Positions 1 to 8,904 of a DNA stretch of 38,651 bases are shown piece by piece; the stretch's first letter is position 1, and each line of letters begins with the position of its first letter. The position numbers were made by a program, and so were the translations under genes. The stretch comes from Candidatus Aminicenantales bacterium (GTDB lineage: Bacteria; Acidobacteriota; Aminicenantia; Aminicenantales; Saccharicenantaceae), in NCBI GenBank assembly GCA_049512315.1, contig JBEKXF010000022.1, forward strand, positions 62,001 to 100,651. Reading direction: 5' to 3'. The notes below the pieces were generated by a model. It saw only the letters and a program-made list of their open reading frames with translations. It was not told the origin of the DNA and searched no databases.

Positions 1-277
1 AGAGGGGGTGGATCTCCGGGTCCATCGTGCCGATATTCTGGAGGCCCACGGCGTCCATCCCGTCCACGACGTCGGAGACCCGCAATCCCTTGAACAGGGC
101 CAGGATCTTCCCGTCCTCGGCTTCGGTATAGACCGGAGTCGCGATCAGGTTCCTGCCGGCCTGGAGCGAAACGGCCGCCTCTTTTTCCTTGGCGACCTGG
201 CCGGTTCCTGGCAAGCCCATGAGCAAAACGAGAACGACCGATAAGGTCATGATCTGACGGATTCTCGCCGATGTCAT
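1..277 (-). CDS. RraA/HMG-aldolase family protein with N-terminal signal peptide (5' part only; runs off the window)
   Basis: Not in the ORF track. ATG at 277 with AGGAGG upstream. Manual translation: MTSARIRQIMTLSVVLVLLMGLPGTGQ...LFKGLRVSDVVDGMDAVGLQNIGTMDPEIHPL. The LRVSDVVDGMD..G segment resembles the RraA-family N-terminus. Confidence 0.65.
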   Translation of the reverse strand, partial: MTSARIRQIMTLSVVLVLLMGLPGTGQVAKEKEAAVSLQAGRNLIATPVYTEAEDGKILALFKGLRVSDVVDGMDAVGLQNIGTMDPEIHPL

Positions 278-324
278 TGCGTCCTCCTTATTTGTCTCAG
301 GCGATGGCCACGGGGCTCTTCCGC

Positions 325-353
325 CTTATATAATGGCCCAGGAGGGGTGTCAA
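325..353 (-). promoter_or_regulatory. sigma70-type promoter for the RraA-like gene
   Basis: TTGACA (353-348), 17 bp, TATAAG (330-325) on the minus strand. Confidence 0.5.
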
Positions 354-417
354 GCCGAATCGGTCCGCGCCATCGGCTTCTCCACAAAGAGGCCCCGGAG
401 TCCCGTAAGTAAATAGA

Positions 418-446
418 TGAACTTCCGACCCCTTTTCCCGTATAAT
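418..446 (+). promoter_or_regulatory. ECF-sigma-type promoter overlapping a TATAAT box
   Basis: TGAAC (418-422), 16 bp, CGTATAAT (439-446). AAC-N16-CGT is the canonical ECF spacing. No good sigma70 -35 pairs with TATAAT (441-446). Confidence 0.5.
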
Positions 447-516
447 AAAGCAAAAGACAGCGGGCTTTTATTTGTCATGAGCCGATAGACCAAATTTCGA
501 CGATTCGAGGGAGGCC

Positions 517-1923
517 ATGCTTAGAGACATCATCAAAAAAGAGATCCTGGACAACATCACCAGTCCGAAATTCGTTTTCACCTTCCTCCTCTGCGCCGTC
601 CTCATCCTGCTCTCGGTCTACACCGGAGTCGCGAACTACGGCTCGGAGAAGAAGGAGTTCACGGCGGCGGTGGCCCTGAACAAGAAGAACATGGAGAACC
701 AGCCGAACTACTCATCGCTGGCCGGGATCGGCATCAAGGTCAACAAGCCGCCCCAGGTCCTGGGGACCGTGGTCAACGGCATCGAAGAAGCGGTCGGCCG
801 GGTCGCGCCGGTCAACATCGCCTCCGACCCCAACCTGGTCGACTCCAAGTACGGCAGCAACCCCGTCTTCGCCGTCTTCGGCGCCCTGGATCTGATGTTC
901 ATCGTCAAGATTGTCCTCAGCCTCTTCGCCATCCTCTTCACCTACGACACGATCGTCGGCGAGAAGGAGAAAGGGACGCTGAAGCTGGCCCTTTCGAACG
1001 ACGTCCCCCGGGACCGTCTGATCCTGGGCAAGGCCATCGGCGGCTACATCAGCCTGCTCATCCCCCTGCTCATCCCCTTGGTCCTGAGCCTCATCATCCT
1101 GATCATCGCCCCCAACCTCGCCCTGAACGGCGGGGACTGGGCCCGGCTCTTTCTCATCTTTCTGATGTTCTTCCTCTACCTCTCGGTCTTCTTCAGCCTG
1201 GGCCTGTTCGTCTCGGCCAGGACGTCGCGCTCCTCGACGAGCTTCCTCGTCCTGCTTTTCCTCTGGGTGGTCTTCGTCATGGTCATCCCCAAGGTCGCGG
1301 TCATCACGGCCAGCCAGATCAAGCCCATCCCGTCAGTCCACGAGATCACGGCTAAAAAGGACGCTTTCCTTCAGCAGGTCCAAGTGGAAGGCCAGAAGGG
1401 CGTCCAGGACTGGGCCCGGAAGAACGCGGCCGACGCGGCCAAGGACGTCAAGGCCTACCAGGAGAAATTCCGCCAGTTCATCCAGGACTACCAGCAGCAG
1501 CTGACGTCCAAGATCGACGAGAACAACGCCGCCCTCGAACGGGATTACCAGCTGAAAAAGAAAGTCCAGCAGAACCTAGCGGTGAACCTATCCCGGATCT
1601 CGCCTGCCTCGGCCTTGACCTTCGGCTCCATGACCTTGGCCCGGACGGGCGTCGACGAATACGACCGCTTCCTAGCCTCGGTCCGGGCCTACAAGCCGAT
1701 CTACACGAAGTGGCTGAACTCGAAGCTCGGCCAGAGCATCAATTTTCAGACGGGGGAGCAGACCAAGATCAAGCTCGACGACATGCCCCTGCATTCGATC
1801 GCCCCGGAAAGCCTGGGCAAATCGCTTGTCCGGACCCTACCGGATTATGTCCTGATGGTCGTCATGATCATCATCTTCTTCGTCGGCGCCTATGTCTCCT
1901 TCCTCCGCTACGATGTCCGTTAA
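517..1923 (+). CDS. ABC-2 type transporter permease with large extracytoplasmic loops
   Basis: GGAGG RBS; multiple TM helices; motif YDTIVGEKEKGTLKLALSNDVPR..LILGK; C-terminal FLRYDVR. Confidence 0.9.
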   Translation: MLRDIIKKEILDNITSPKFVFTFLLCAVLILLSVYTGVANYGSEKKEFTAAVALNKKNMENQPNYSSLAGIGIKVNKPPQVLGTVVNGIEEAVGRVAPVNIASDPNLVDSKYGSNPVFAVFGALDLMFIVKIVLSLFAILFTYDTIVGEKEKGTLKLALSNDVPRDRLILGKAIGGYISLLIPLLIPLVLSLIILIIAPNLALNGGDWARLFLIFLMFFLYLSVFFSLGLFVSARTSRSSTSFLVLLFLWVVFVMVIPKVAVITASQIKPIPSVHEITAKKDAFLQQVQVEGQKGVQDWARKNAADAAKDVKAYQEKFRQFIQDYQQQLTSKIDENNAALERDYQLKKKVQQNLAVNLSRISPASALTFGSMTLARTGVDEYDRFLASVRAYKPIYTKWLNSKLGQSINFQTGEQTKIKLDDMPLHSIAPESLGKSLVRTLPDYVLMVVMIIIFFVGAYVSFLRYDVR

Positions 1924-1934
1924 GGAGTGTCCCA

Positions 1935-2672
1935 ATGCTCGAAGCCATCAACCTGACCAAGAGATATGAAGATGGGCAGCTCGCCCTGGACGATCTGACT
2001 TTCAAAGTTGCCCCGGGCGAGATCTTCTGCATGTTCGGGGCCAACGGGGCGGGGAAGACGACGACGATCAACCTTTTCCTGAACTTCATCCCCCCGACCT
2101 CGGGCACGGCCCTGATCGAGGGGATCGATGTCGTCAAGGACCCGCTCAAGGCCAAGAAGAACGTCTCCTTTGTCTCGGAAAACGTCATGCTCTACGGCAA
2201 CTTTTCGGCCATCCAGAACCTGGACTACTTCAGCCGCCTGGCGGGGAAACGCACCCTGACGAAAAAGGATTACGCTGATGTCCTGGGCCGGGTCGGACTC
2301 CACAAGGAGGCCTTCGACAAGCGCATCAAGAATTTCTCGAAGGGCATGCGCCAGAAGCTCGGCATCGCCATCGCCCTGCTGAAGGACGCTCCCAACGTCC
2401 TCCTCGACGAGCCGACCTCTGGACTCGACCCCCAATCGGGGCGAGAGTTCCTCGAGATCCTCGTCCAGATGCGCGACGCGGGGAAGTCAGTTTTCATGTC
2501 GACCCACGACATTTTCCGGGCCAAGCTGATGGCCGACCGGATCGGGTTCATGAGAAAAGGCAAGTTAGTTATGCTGAAGACCGCCAAGGAGCTCGCCCAC
2601 GAGGACCTGACGGAGCTTTACATCCAGTACATGGAAGAGCAGCCCGGGCAGACGGCCCCGGCCGCCGTCTGA
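1935..2672 (+). CDS. ABC transporter ATP-binding protein
   Basis: ATG 1935 after AAGGAG; Walker A GANGAGKTT, signature FSKGMRQK, Walker B LLDEPT, H-loop STH. Confidence 0.95.
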   Translation: MLEAINLTKRYEDGQLALDDLTFKVAPGEIFCMFGANGAGKTTTINLFLNFIPPTSGTALIEGIDVVKDPLKAKKNVSFVSENVMLYGNFSAIQNLDYFSRLAGKRTLTKKDYADVLGRVGLHKEAFDKRIKNFSKGMRQKLGIAIALLKDAPNVLLDEPTSGLDPQSGREFLEILVQMRDAGKSVFMSTHDIFRAKLMADRIGFMRKGKLVMLKTAKELAHEDLTELYIQYMEEQPGQTAPAAV

Positions 2673-2760
2673 ACCGAGGTTCATAGAGGAAAGCACCGTC
2701 CGGCCGTTCATTAGCCGTCGGGAGATCCCTCCCGCCCTGTGACCCGAGGGCAAAAGAAAC

Positions 2761-2788
2761 TTGACAAGGCCACCTGTTGGCCTATAAT
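2761..2788 (+). promoter_or_regulatory. consensus sigma70 promoter of the TetR efflux operon
   Basis: TTGACA (2761-2766), 16 bp, TATAAT (2783-2788). Confidence 0.8.
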
Positions 2789-2789
2789 A

Positions 2790-2822
2790 AAACTGTGAAA
2801 ACCAAAAGAGTTTTTATAGTTT
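2790..2822. promoter_or_regulatory. probable TetR operator (imperfect inverted repeat)
   Basis: AAACTGTGAAAAC-N7-GTTTTTATAGTTT, arms match 11/13, AT-rich, covering the predicted TSS. Confidence 0.7.
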
Positions 2823-3481
2823 CTAAACCCCACAATGACCAGGCCCCCGCCCTGCGGGCCAGGATCCTCGGCGCCGGAAAAGAGCTGTTCTTCAGCCGGG
2901 GCTTCGTCCGGGTCACGGCCGATGAGATTGCCGCCCAGATCGGCATCAGCAAGGCCACCCTCTACAAGGAATTCGAGAGCAAGGAGGAGATCCTCAGAGC
3001 GGTGGTCCGGGACTTCATGAACGAGATCATCGGCCGGGTCGAGGCTCTCATCCATGACGATACGCTGAGCTTCGTCGAAAGGCTGGTCGCCCTCTTCGCC
3101 TTCGTCGGCGGCCGCATCTCCCAGTTCGGGCCGCTTCTCGTCCGCGACCTCCAAAAAAGCGCGCCCCTCGTCTGGAAAGAGATCGACGACTTCCGCAGGG
3201 ACAAGATCCTGACGAACTTCAAGATCATCCTCGCGGCCGGGCACAAGCAGGGCCTTTTCCGCAGCGACATCGACATGGACCTTCTTCTCAGGATGTTCCT
3301 CAAGCTCGTCGAAGAATTCGTCAACCCCGCGGAGATCCTCCGTTCGGGGCGAACGCCTGCCGAGACGTTCGAATCGGTCATCAAGGTCTTTTTCCAGGGG
3401 ATCCTGACGGACCGGGGCCGGCTGGATTTTTCGTCCAGAACCCCGGCCCTTTTTGAGCCCCGCAAGGAGGGCGCGTTATGA
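2795..3481 (+). CDS. TetR/AcrR family transcriptional regulator (probably leaderless, GTG start)
   Basis: HTH RILGAGKELFFSRGF..VTADEIAAQIGISKATLYKEFESKEEI. The track start (TTG 2777) lies inside the promoter, so GTG 2795 is preferred. Confidence 0.9.
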   Translation: MKTKRVFIVSKPHNDQAPALRARILGAGKELFFSRGFVRVTADEIAAQIGISKATLYKEFESKEEILRAVVRDFMNEIIGRVEALIHDDTLSFVERLVALFAFVGGRISQFGPLLVRDLQKSAPLVWKEIDDFRRDKILTNFKIILAAGHKQGLFRSDIDMDLLLRMFLKLVEEFVNPAEILRSGRTPAETFESVIKVFFQGILTDRGRLDFSSRTPALFEPRKEGAL

Positions 3482-4476
3482 AAACCAAGATCCTTTCGGT
3501 CTCGTTCGTCCTGCTGGCTTTCCTCTCCTGCTCCGGGAACGGCGCCAAGGACGTGATTTCTGCGTCGGGAACAATCGAGGCGATCGAGGTCAACGTCGCT
3601 TCCAAGGTTGCCGGCGAGCTCGAGGAGCGCACGGTCGATGAAGGAGCGAGGGTCCGGGCGGGCGACAAGCTCGCGGAGATCGACCACGCGACCCTCGAGA
3701 TCCAGCTCCGCCAGGCCGATGCCGGTGTCGACCTGGCCCAGGCCCAGCTCGTCCTCCTCCGGAACGGCGCTCGCCAGGAGGATATCCAGCAGGCCGAGGC
3801 GGCCCTCCAGCAGGCCGAAGCGTCCCTCACGGTCGCCGAAAACGATGCTTTGAGGATGCGCGAGCTCGTGAAAACCGGGAGTGTCACGCCGAAACAGAGG
3901 GAGGACGCCGAGGCCCGCCTGACGGTCGCCCACGCCCAGCGCAGCGCCGCCGCCGAGGTTTTGAAAAAGACCCGGACGCTCGCCCGTCCCGAAGAGATCC
4001 AGGCCGCCGAGGCCCGCCTCGCTCAGGCTCAGGCCGCCGTCGATCTCCTGAAAAAAACGATCGCCGACTGCACGATTACGGCGCCGGTCGGCGGGCTCGT
4101 GACTCACAAGGCCGTCGAGGCCGGGGAGCTCGTGAGCCAGGGCGCGACCATCGTGACCATCTCCGAGCTGGACAGCGTGTATGTCATGATCTACGTCACC
4201 GAGAAGGAGCTGGGCCGAGTCCGTCTCGGCGATGCCGCCGATATCAAGATCGACGCCTTTCCGGATAAGGTTTTTTCCGGGAAAGTCACCTACATTTCGT
4301 CCGAAGCCGAGTTCACGCCCAAGAACGTCCAAACGAAAGAAGACCGGGTCAAGCTCGTCTTCGGGGTCAAGGTCGAGATTGAAAACAGGGAAGGGCTGCT
4401 CAAACCCGGGCTCCCGGCCGACGCTACGATCCGGGTCCGTCCCTCGGCCAAGGTCCCGAGTCCGGAAACCTCATGA
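3478..4476 (+). CDS. HlyD/YbhG-like periplasmic adaptor (membrane fusion protein), lipoprotein signal
   Basis: N-terminal LLAFLSC lipobox-like motif; ASGTIEA..VASKVAG; coiled coil; AEFTPKNVQTKEDRVKLVF; LKPGLPAD. Confidence 0.93.
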   Translation: MKTKILSVSFVLLAFLSCSGNGAKDVISASGTIEAIEVNVASKVAGELEERTVDEGARVRAGDKLAEIDHATLEIQLRQADAGVDLAQAQLVLLRNGARQEDIQQAEAALQQAEASLTVAENDALRMRELVKTGSVTPKQREDAEARLTVAHAQRSAAAEVLKKTRTLARPEEIQAAEARLAQAQAAVDLLKKTIADCTITAPVGGLVTHKAVEAGELVSQGATIVTISELDSVYVMIYVTEKELGRVRLGDAADIKIDAFPDKVFSGKVTYISSEAEFTPKNVQTKEDRVKLVFGVKVEIENREGLLKPGLPADATIRVRPSAKVPSPETS

Positions 4477-5411
4477 CCGCTTTCGCCGTCGAAACGCAGG
4501 GCCTCGGCAAGGCCTTTGGACTCATCGAGGCCGTCCGCTCGCTGGACCTGACCGTCCGCGAGGGGGAGATGTTCGGTCTCGTCGGGCCCGACGGGGCCGG
4601 CAAAACGACGACGATCCGGATGCTCTGCGGCATCCTCCATCCGACGTCCGGTCGGGCCTCGGTCCTCGGCTACGACCTCGAGAAGGAAAGCGACCAGATC
4701 AAGGACCACATCGGTTATTTTTCCCAGAAGTTCAGCCTTTACGGCGACCTGACCGTCGACGAGAACATCGAGTTTTTCGCCGAGATCCACCTGGTCAGGG
4801 ATTTCCGGAAGCGGCGCGAGGAGCTCCTCGAGTTCACCCGGCTCGGACCCTTCCGCAAGCGTTTGGCCGACAGGCTCTCGGGCGGGATGCGCCAGAAGCT
4901 GGCCTTGGCCTGCACCCTCATCCACACACCCCGGCTCATTTTCCTTGATGAGCCGACGACGGGCGTCGATCCCGTCTCGCGGCGGGACTTCTGGAAAATC
5001 CTCTCGAGCCTTCTTCGGTCCGGGATCACGATCGTCATGACCACCCCCTACATGGACGAGGCCGAGCGCTGCTCGCGGGTCGGCCTGCTCAGCGGAGGGA
5101 GGCTCCTGGCCGCGGACACGCCCCAGGCCGTCAAGGCCCTGATGCGGGGCGTGGTCGTCGAGATCCTCTGCCCCGAGATCCGCCGGGCCTTCGCCGTGCT
5201 GAAGAAGCTTCCCGACGTCCGCGAGGTTCAGCTTTTCGGCGACCGGCTGAACGTGGTCGTCGAGGCGCCGGAGAAAGAGGTCCCTCTCATCGAAGCGGCG
5301 TTGGCCGGCGAGGGCATCCCCGTCGTCCAGAAACGCGTCCTCCCGCCGACGCTCGAAAATGTCTTCATTTCCGTCACCCAATCCGCCCCAACGGAGGCCG
5401 CCCATGCCTAA
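4473..5411 (+). CDS. ABC transporter ATP-binding protein (YbhF N-half-like)
   Basis: GPDGAGKTT, LSGGMRQK, FLDEPTTGVDP, and TTPYMDEAE (H-loop replaced by P as in the first YbhF domain). Confidence 0.93.
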   Translation: MTAFAVETQGLGKAFGLIEAVRSLDLTVREGEMFGLVGPDGAGKTTTIRMLCGILHPTSGRASVLGYDLEKESDQIKDHIGYFSQKFSLYGDLTVDENIEFFAEIHLVRDFRKRREELLEFTRLGPFRKRLADRLSGGMRQKLALACTLIHTPRLIFLDEPTTGVDPVSRRDFWKILSSLLRSGITIVMTTPYMDEAERCSRVGLLSGGRLLAADTPQAVKALMRGVVVEILCPEIRRAFAVLKKLPDVREVQLFGDRLNVVVEAPEKEVPLIEAALAGEGIPVVQKRVLPPTLENVFISVTQSAPTEAAHA

Positions 5412-6750
5412 AAAACCAACTATCTTCCTGGCCCTTTGGCTTATCCCGCTCGCGACCTGGGCCCAGAAAAAACCCCTTTCGCTCGACGAGGCTGTCGCGG
5501 CCGGGCTCCAGGCGAGCCCCGGACTCCACGCCTCTCGGCTGAAGGTCGAATCCTCGGCCTCGAAAACGAGGGAGATCTTGGCCGGCCGGCTGCCTGCGCT
5601 CAAGCTCGGCGCGGGGTACACCCGGCTGAGCGAGGTCCCCCCCTTCGAGGTGACCCTCCCGATCTCCCCGAACCCGATCGTCGTTTCTCAGAATTATTTC
5701 AACAGCTACAACCTTCGGATCGGCGTCCAGCAGCCCCTGTTCACCGGCTTCCGTCTCGAGGCCGGCACGGAATCGGCCAGGTTCCTCGAAAAGGCCGCGG
5801 GCCTGGACCTCGAGAAGGACAGGGCGGAGTTCATTTTCGCCGTCAAGTGCGCCTACTGGGGTCTGGCCAGGGCCGGGGAATTGGAGAAGGTCGTTGCGGA
5901 GAATATCAACCAGGTCACGGAGCACCTCAAGGACGTCCGGGCCTTCTTCAGCCAGGGCCTCCTCACGAATAACGAGGTCCTCCGGGCCGAGCTCCAGCTC
6001 TCGAACGCGGAGATGATGAGGATCGACGCCCGGAATGCCGTCGAGGTCGCCCGGACCTCGCTCAACAGCCTCATCGGCCTGCCGCTCGAGACCGAAGTGG
6101 AATTGACCACTTCGGCCGAAAGCCTGGCCGTGACCCTTCCTCCGGCCGGGGAGAAGGAAGGCGAGGACGAAGCAGCGGCCCGGTCGCTCATCCAGACGGC
6201 TCTTGCCGACCGCCCCGAGCTCAAGTCCGCCGATTTCAGGATCAGGGCTTCTGAAGCCGGGGTGAAGGCGGCCAGGTCCGGCTGGTACCCTCAGATTTTT
6301 CTTTCCGGAAATTACTATGACCTCAGGCCCAACCCAAGGCTCATGCCCGCCAAGGACGAGTTTTACGGAACGTGGGATGTCGGCATCTCCCTGTCCTTTG
6401 ACCTTTGGAACTGGGGGCAGACGAAGAGCCAGACCGAACAGGCCCGGGCCCAGCTGGACCAGGCCCGGGACGCCCGAAAGCTCCTGAATGACCAGGCCGT
6501 CCTAGAAGTCACTCAGAGCCGGCTGACCCTCGGTCAGGCGTGGCAGAAGACCGGGGTTGCCGGGCAAGCGGTCGCCCAGGCGGAGGAGAACCTTCGCGTC
6601 ACCCGGGAGAGGTTCAAGCAGGGCCTGGCCTTGAACATCGAAGTCCTGGACGCCGAGGTCTCCCTGCTCCAGGCGAAAATCAACCGGACCCAGGCGGCCA
6701 TCGATCTGGTCCTGGCCCAGGCCAGGCTTCAGAAGGCCCTGGGACATTGA
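5404..6750 (+). CDS. TolC family outer membrane efflux protein
   Basis: ATG 5404 after GGAGG; signal peptide ending ATWA-Q; duplicated OEP repeats (QQPLFTG, ARSGWYP, SFDLWNWG). Confidence 0.93.
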   Translation: MPKKPTIFLALWLIPLATWAQKKPLSLDEAVAAGLQASPGLHASRLKVESSASKTREILAGRLPALKLGAGYTRLSEVPPFEVTLPISPNPIVVSQNYFNSYNLRIGVQQPLFTGFRLEAGTESARFLEKAAGLDLEKDRAEFIFAVKCAYWGLARAGELEKVVAENINQVTEHLKDVRAFFSQGLLTNNEVLRAELQLSNAEMMRIDARNAVEVARTSLNSLIGLPLETEVELTTSAESLAVTLPPAGEKEGEDEAAARSLIQTALADRPELKSADFRIRASEAGVKAARSGWYPQIFLSGNYYDLRPNPRLMPAKDEFYGTWDVGISLSFDLWNWGQTKSQTEQARAQLDQARDARKLLNDQAVLEVTQSRLTLGQAWQKTGVAGQAVAQAEENLRVTRERFKQGLALNIEVLDAEVSLLQAKINRTQAAIDLVLAQARLQKALGH

Positions 6751-6775
6751 GCGGGGACCGAGGGGAGCGCCCGCC

Positions 6776-7735
6776 GTGCCCGAATATTCCATCGAAGTGA
6801 AGTCCCTGACCAAGAGGTTCGGCGCCTTCACCGCCGTCGATGGGATTTCGTTCGCGGTCGGCCGCGGCGCGATCTTCGGCTTTCTCGGGGCCAACGGGGC
6901 CGGCAAATCCACGACCATCCGGATGCTCTGCGGCCTTCTGAGCCCGACATCGGGGACGGCCTCGGTCGGCGGCTTCGACATCGACCGGCAGCCGGAACGG
7001 GTCAAGAGGGTCATCGGCTACATGTCCCAGAAGTTCTCTCTCTACGAAGACCTGACCGTCGCCGAGAACATCCGCTTCTTCGGCGGCGTCTACGGTCTTG
7101 CAAAAAGGGCCATCGATTCGAGGATGCCCTGGGTCCTGGAGATGGCCGGCCTCAAGGGACGCGAGCGGAGCCTGACGCGGACCCTCTCCGTGGGCTGGAA
7201 GCAGAGACTGGCCCTGGGCTGCGCCGTCCTCCACGAGCCCGAGATCGTCTTTCTCGACGAGCCGACGGGCGGGGTCGACCCGGCCTCGCGCCGGCGGTTC
7301 TGGGAGCTCATCAACGAGCTGTCCGAGCGGAAGGTCACGGTCTTCGTCACCACCCACTATTTGGATGAGGCGGAATACTGCAACGACATCCGGCTCATCC
7401 ACGCCGGGCGGATCGTCGCCGGCGGCAGCCCCCGCGAGCTCAAGGACGAGGTCATCCGCAATCCCATCCTCGAGGTCGCGAGCGACAGGGCCGTCGACGC
7501 CCTGGAGATCCTTCAGAAGGAGCCCTGGGTCCTGGAGACATCGATCTTCGGGACGTCCCTCCACGTCAGCGTCGCCGACGAGGAGGAAGGCCGGCGGCTC
7601 ATCCGGGAGCGGCTGGCCGGCGCGGGCATCGTGCCGGAGCGCATCGACCGGATCGTCCCGTCGCTCGAGGACGTTTTCATCCACAAGATCGAGGAGCAGT
7701 CCGGAAGCCGGGGGAGCGGGGAGGCGGCGCCGTGA
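6776..7735 (+). CDS. ABC transporter ATP-binding protein (YbhF C-half-like)
   Basis: GANGAGKST, LSVGWKQR, FLDEPTGGVDP, TTHYLDEAEYC. Confidence 0.93.
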   Translation: MPEYSIEVKSLTKRFGAFTAVDGISFAVGRGAIFGFLGANGAGKSTTIRMLCGLLSPTSGTASVGGFDIDRQPERVKRVIGYMSQKFSLYEDLTVAENIRFFGGVYGLAKRAIDSRMPWVLEMAGLKGRERSLTRTLSVGWKQRLALGCAVLHEPEIVFLDEPTGGVDPASRRRFWELINELSERKVTVFVTTHYLDEAEYCNDIRLIHAGRIVAGGSPRELKDEVIRNPILEVASDRAVDALEILQKEPWVLETSIFGTSLHVSVADEEEGRRLIRERLAGAGIVPERIDRIVPSLEDVFIHKIEEQSGSRGSGEAAP

Positions 7736-8904
7736 AGTCCCTGCCGATCGCTTCCGTCGGGCCGGTCATGCGGAAAGAGTTCCGCCAGATCAGGCGGGAC
7801 AGCCGGTCGCTCATCTTCATGATCTTCCTCCCGGCCTTCCTGCTCCTCATGTTCGGGTTCGCCCTGAACTTCGACGTCAAGCATATCCCCCTCGCCATCG
7901 TGGATCAGGACGGGAGCCGCACCAGCCGTGAGCTCGCCGAGAAGTTCCGGACGACGGAGTATTTCGACGTCCAAGCGCAGCTCGACCGGACTGGCGATAT
8001 CGACGGCCTCATGGCCCGTGAGAAGATCAAGGCCGCTCTGGTCATCCCCGAGACATTCTCGGAGGACCTCCTGGCCGGGCGCAGTCCCTCCGTCCAGTTC
8101 CTCATCGACGGCGCGAACGCCATGAGCGGGACGACGGCCGCCGGCTATGCCGCCGCCATCCTGCAGAGCTATTCGCAAAAGGTCACGCTCGCGGCCATGG
8201 AGCGCCGCGGGTTCGGGGGCCTGACGCTCCCCCTCAACACCGAAGTCCGGGTCTGGTACAACCCGGAGCTCAAGAGCGCCCGCTTCCTCCTGCCCGGGCT
8301 GATGGCCTTCATCCTCATGGTCATCCTGACGACGTCGACGGCTTTCTCCATCGTCCGCGAGAAGGAGCGGGGGACCATGGAGCAAATCAACGTTTCGCCC
8401 CTCCGTCCCGCGGCGCTCATCATCGGCAAGATGATCCCCTACGTCCTGATCTCTCTGGCCTCGGCCCACCTTGTTCTCGGGCTGGGCTGGGTCCTTTTCG
8501 GCGTGGCCGTCAAGGGGAACTACTTCCTTCTCCTCCTGACCATGATCCTGTTCCTCATCTGCGGGGTGGGGCAGGGGATCCTCGTTTCGGCGATCACCCG
8601 GACGCAACAGGTGGCCTTCCTCATCTCCATCCTGACGACGATCCTGCCGACCTTCATCCTGTCCGGATTCGTCTTCCCGGTGAGGAACATGCCAGCTGTC
8701 ATCCAGGCTATAACCTACCTCATCCCGGCCAAATATTTCCTGGTCGCCCTCCGGGCCATCATCCTCAAGGGGGCGGGACTTGGCGCCTTTTGGGACCAGG
8801 TCCTGTCCCTGGCCGGCTTCGGCGTCCTGACCCTCGCCCTGAGCGTCATCATGCTCCGGTCGGGCGGCGAGGACGGGCAGCGAGGGGGGAGGAGGGCGCG
8901 GTGA
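7732..8904 (+). CDS. ABC-2 type permease (YbhS-like)
   Basis: KEFRQIRRD, VWYNPEL, IVREKERGTMEQ, LSGFVFP..NMP. Confidence 0.93.
   Translation: MKSLPIASVGPVMRKEFRQIRRDSRSLIFMIFLPAFLLLMFGFALNFDVKHIPLAIVDQDGSRTSRELAEKFRTTEYFDVQAQLDRTGDIDGLMAREKIKAALVIPETFSEDLLAGRSPSVQFLIDGANAMSGTTAAGYAAAILQSYSQKVTLAAMERRGFGGLTLPLNTEVRVWYNPELKSARFLLPGLMAFILMVILTTSTAFSIVREKERGTMEQINVSPLRPAALIIGKMIPYVLISLASAHLVLGLGWVLFGVAVKGNYFLLLLTMILFLICGVGQGILVSAITRTQQVAFLISILTTILPTFILSGFVFPVRNMPAVIQAITYLIPAKYFLVALRAIILKGAGLGAFWDQVLSLAGFGVLTLALSVIMLRSGGEDGQRGGRRAR
8245..8277 (+). repeat. 33-bp exact direct repeat, copy 1 (copy 2 at 9402-9434)
   Basis: GTCCGGGTCTGGTACAACCCGGAGCTCAAGAGC occurs in both permease genes and encodes VRVWYNPELKS. 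Confidence 0.9.

Noticed and set aside
8..244. 78-aa plus-strand ORF at the window start
   Set aside because: It is antisense to the better-supported minus-strand gene starting at 277, which has an SD, a promoter and family motifs.
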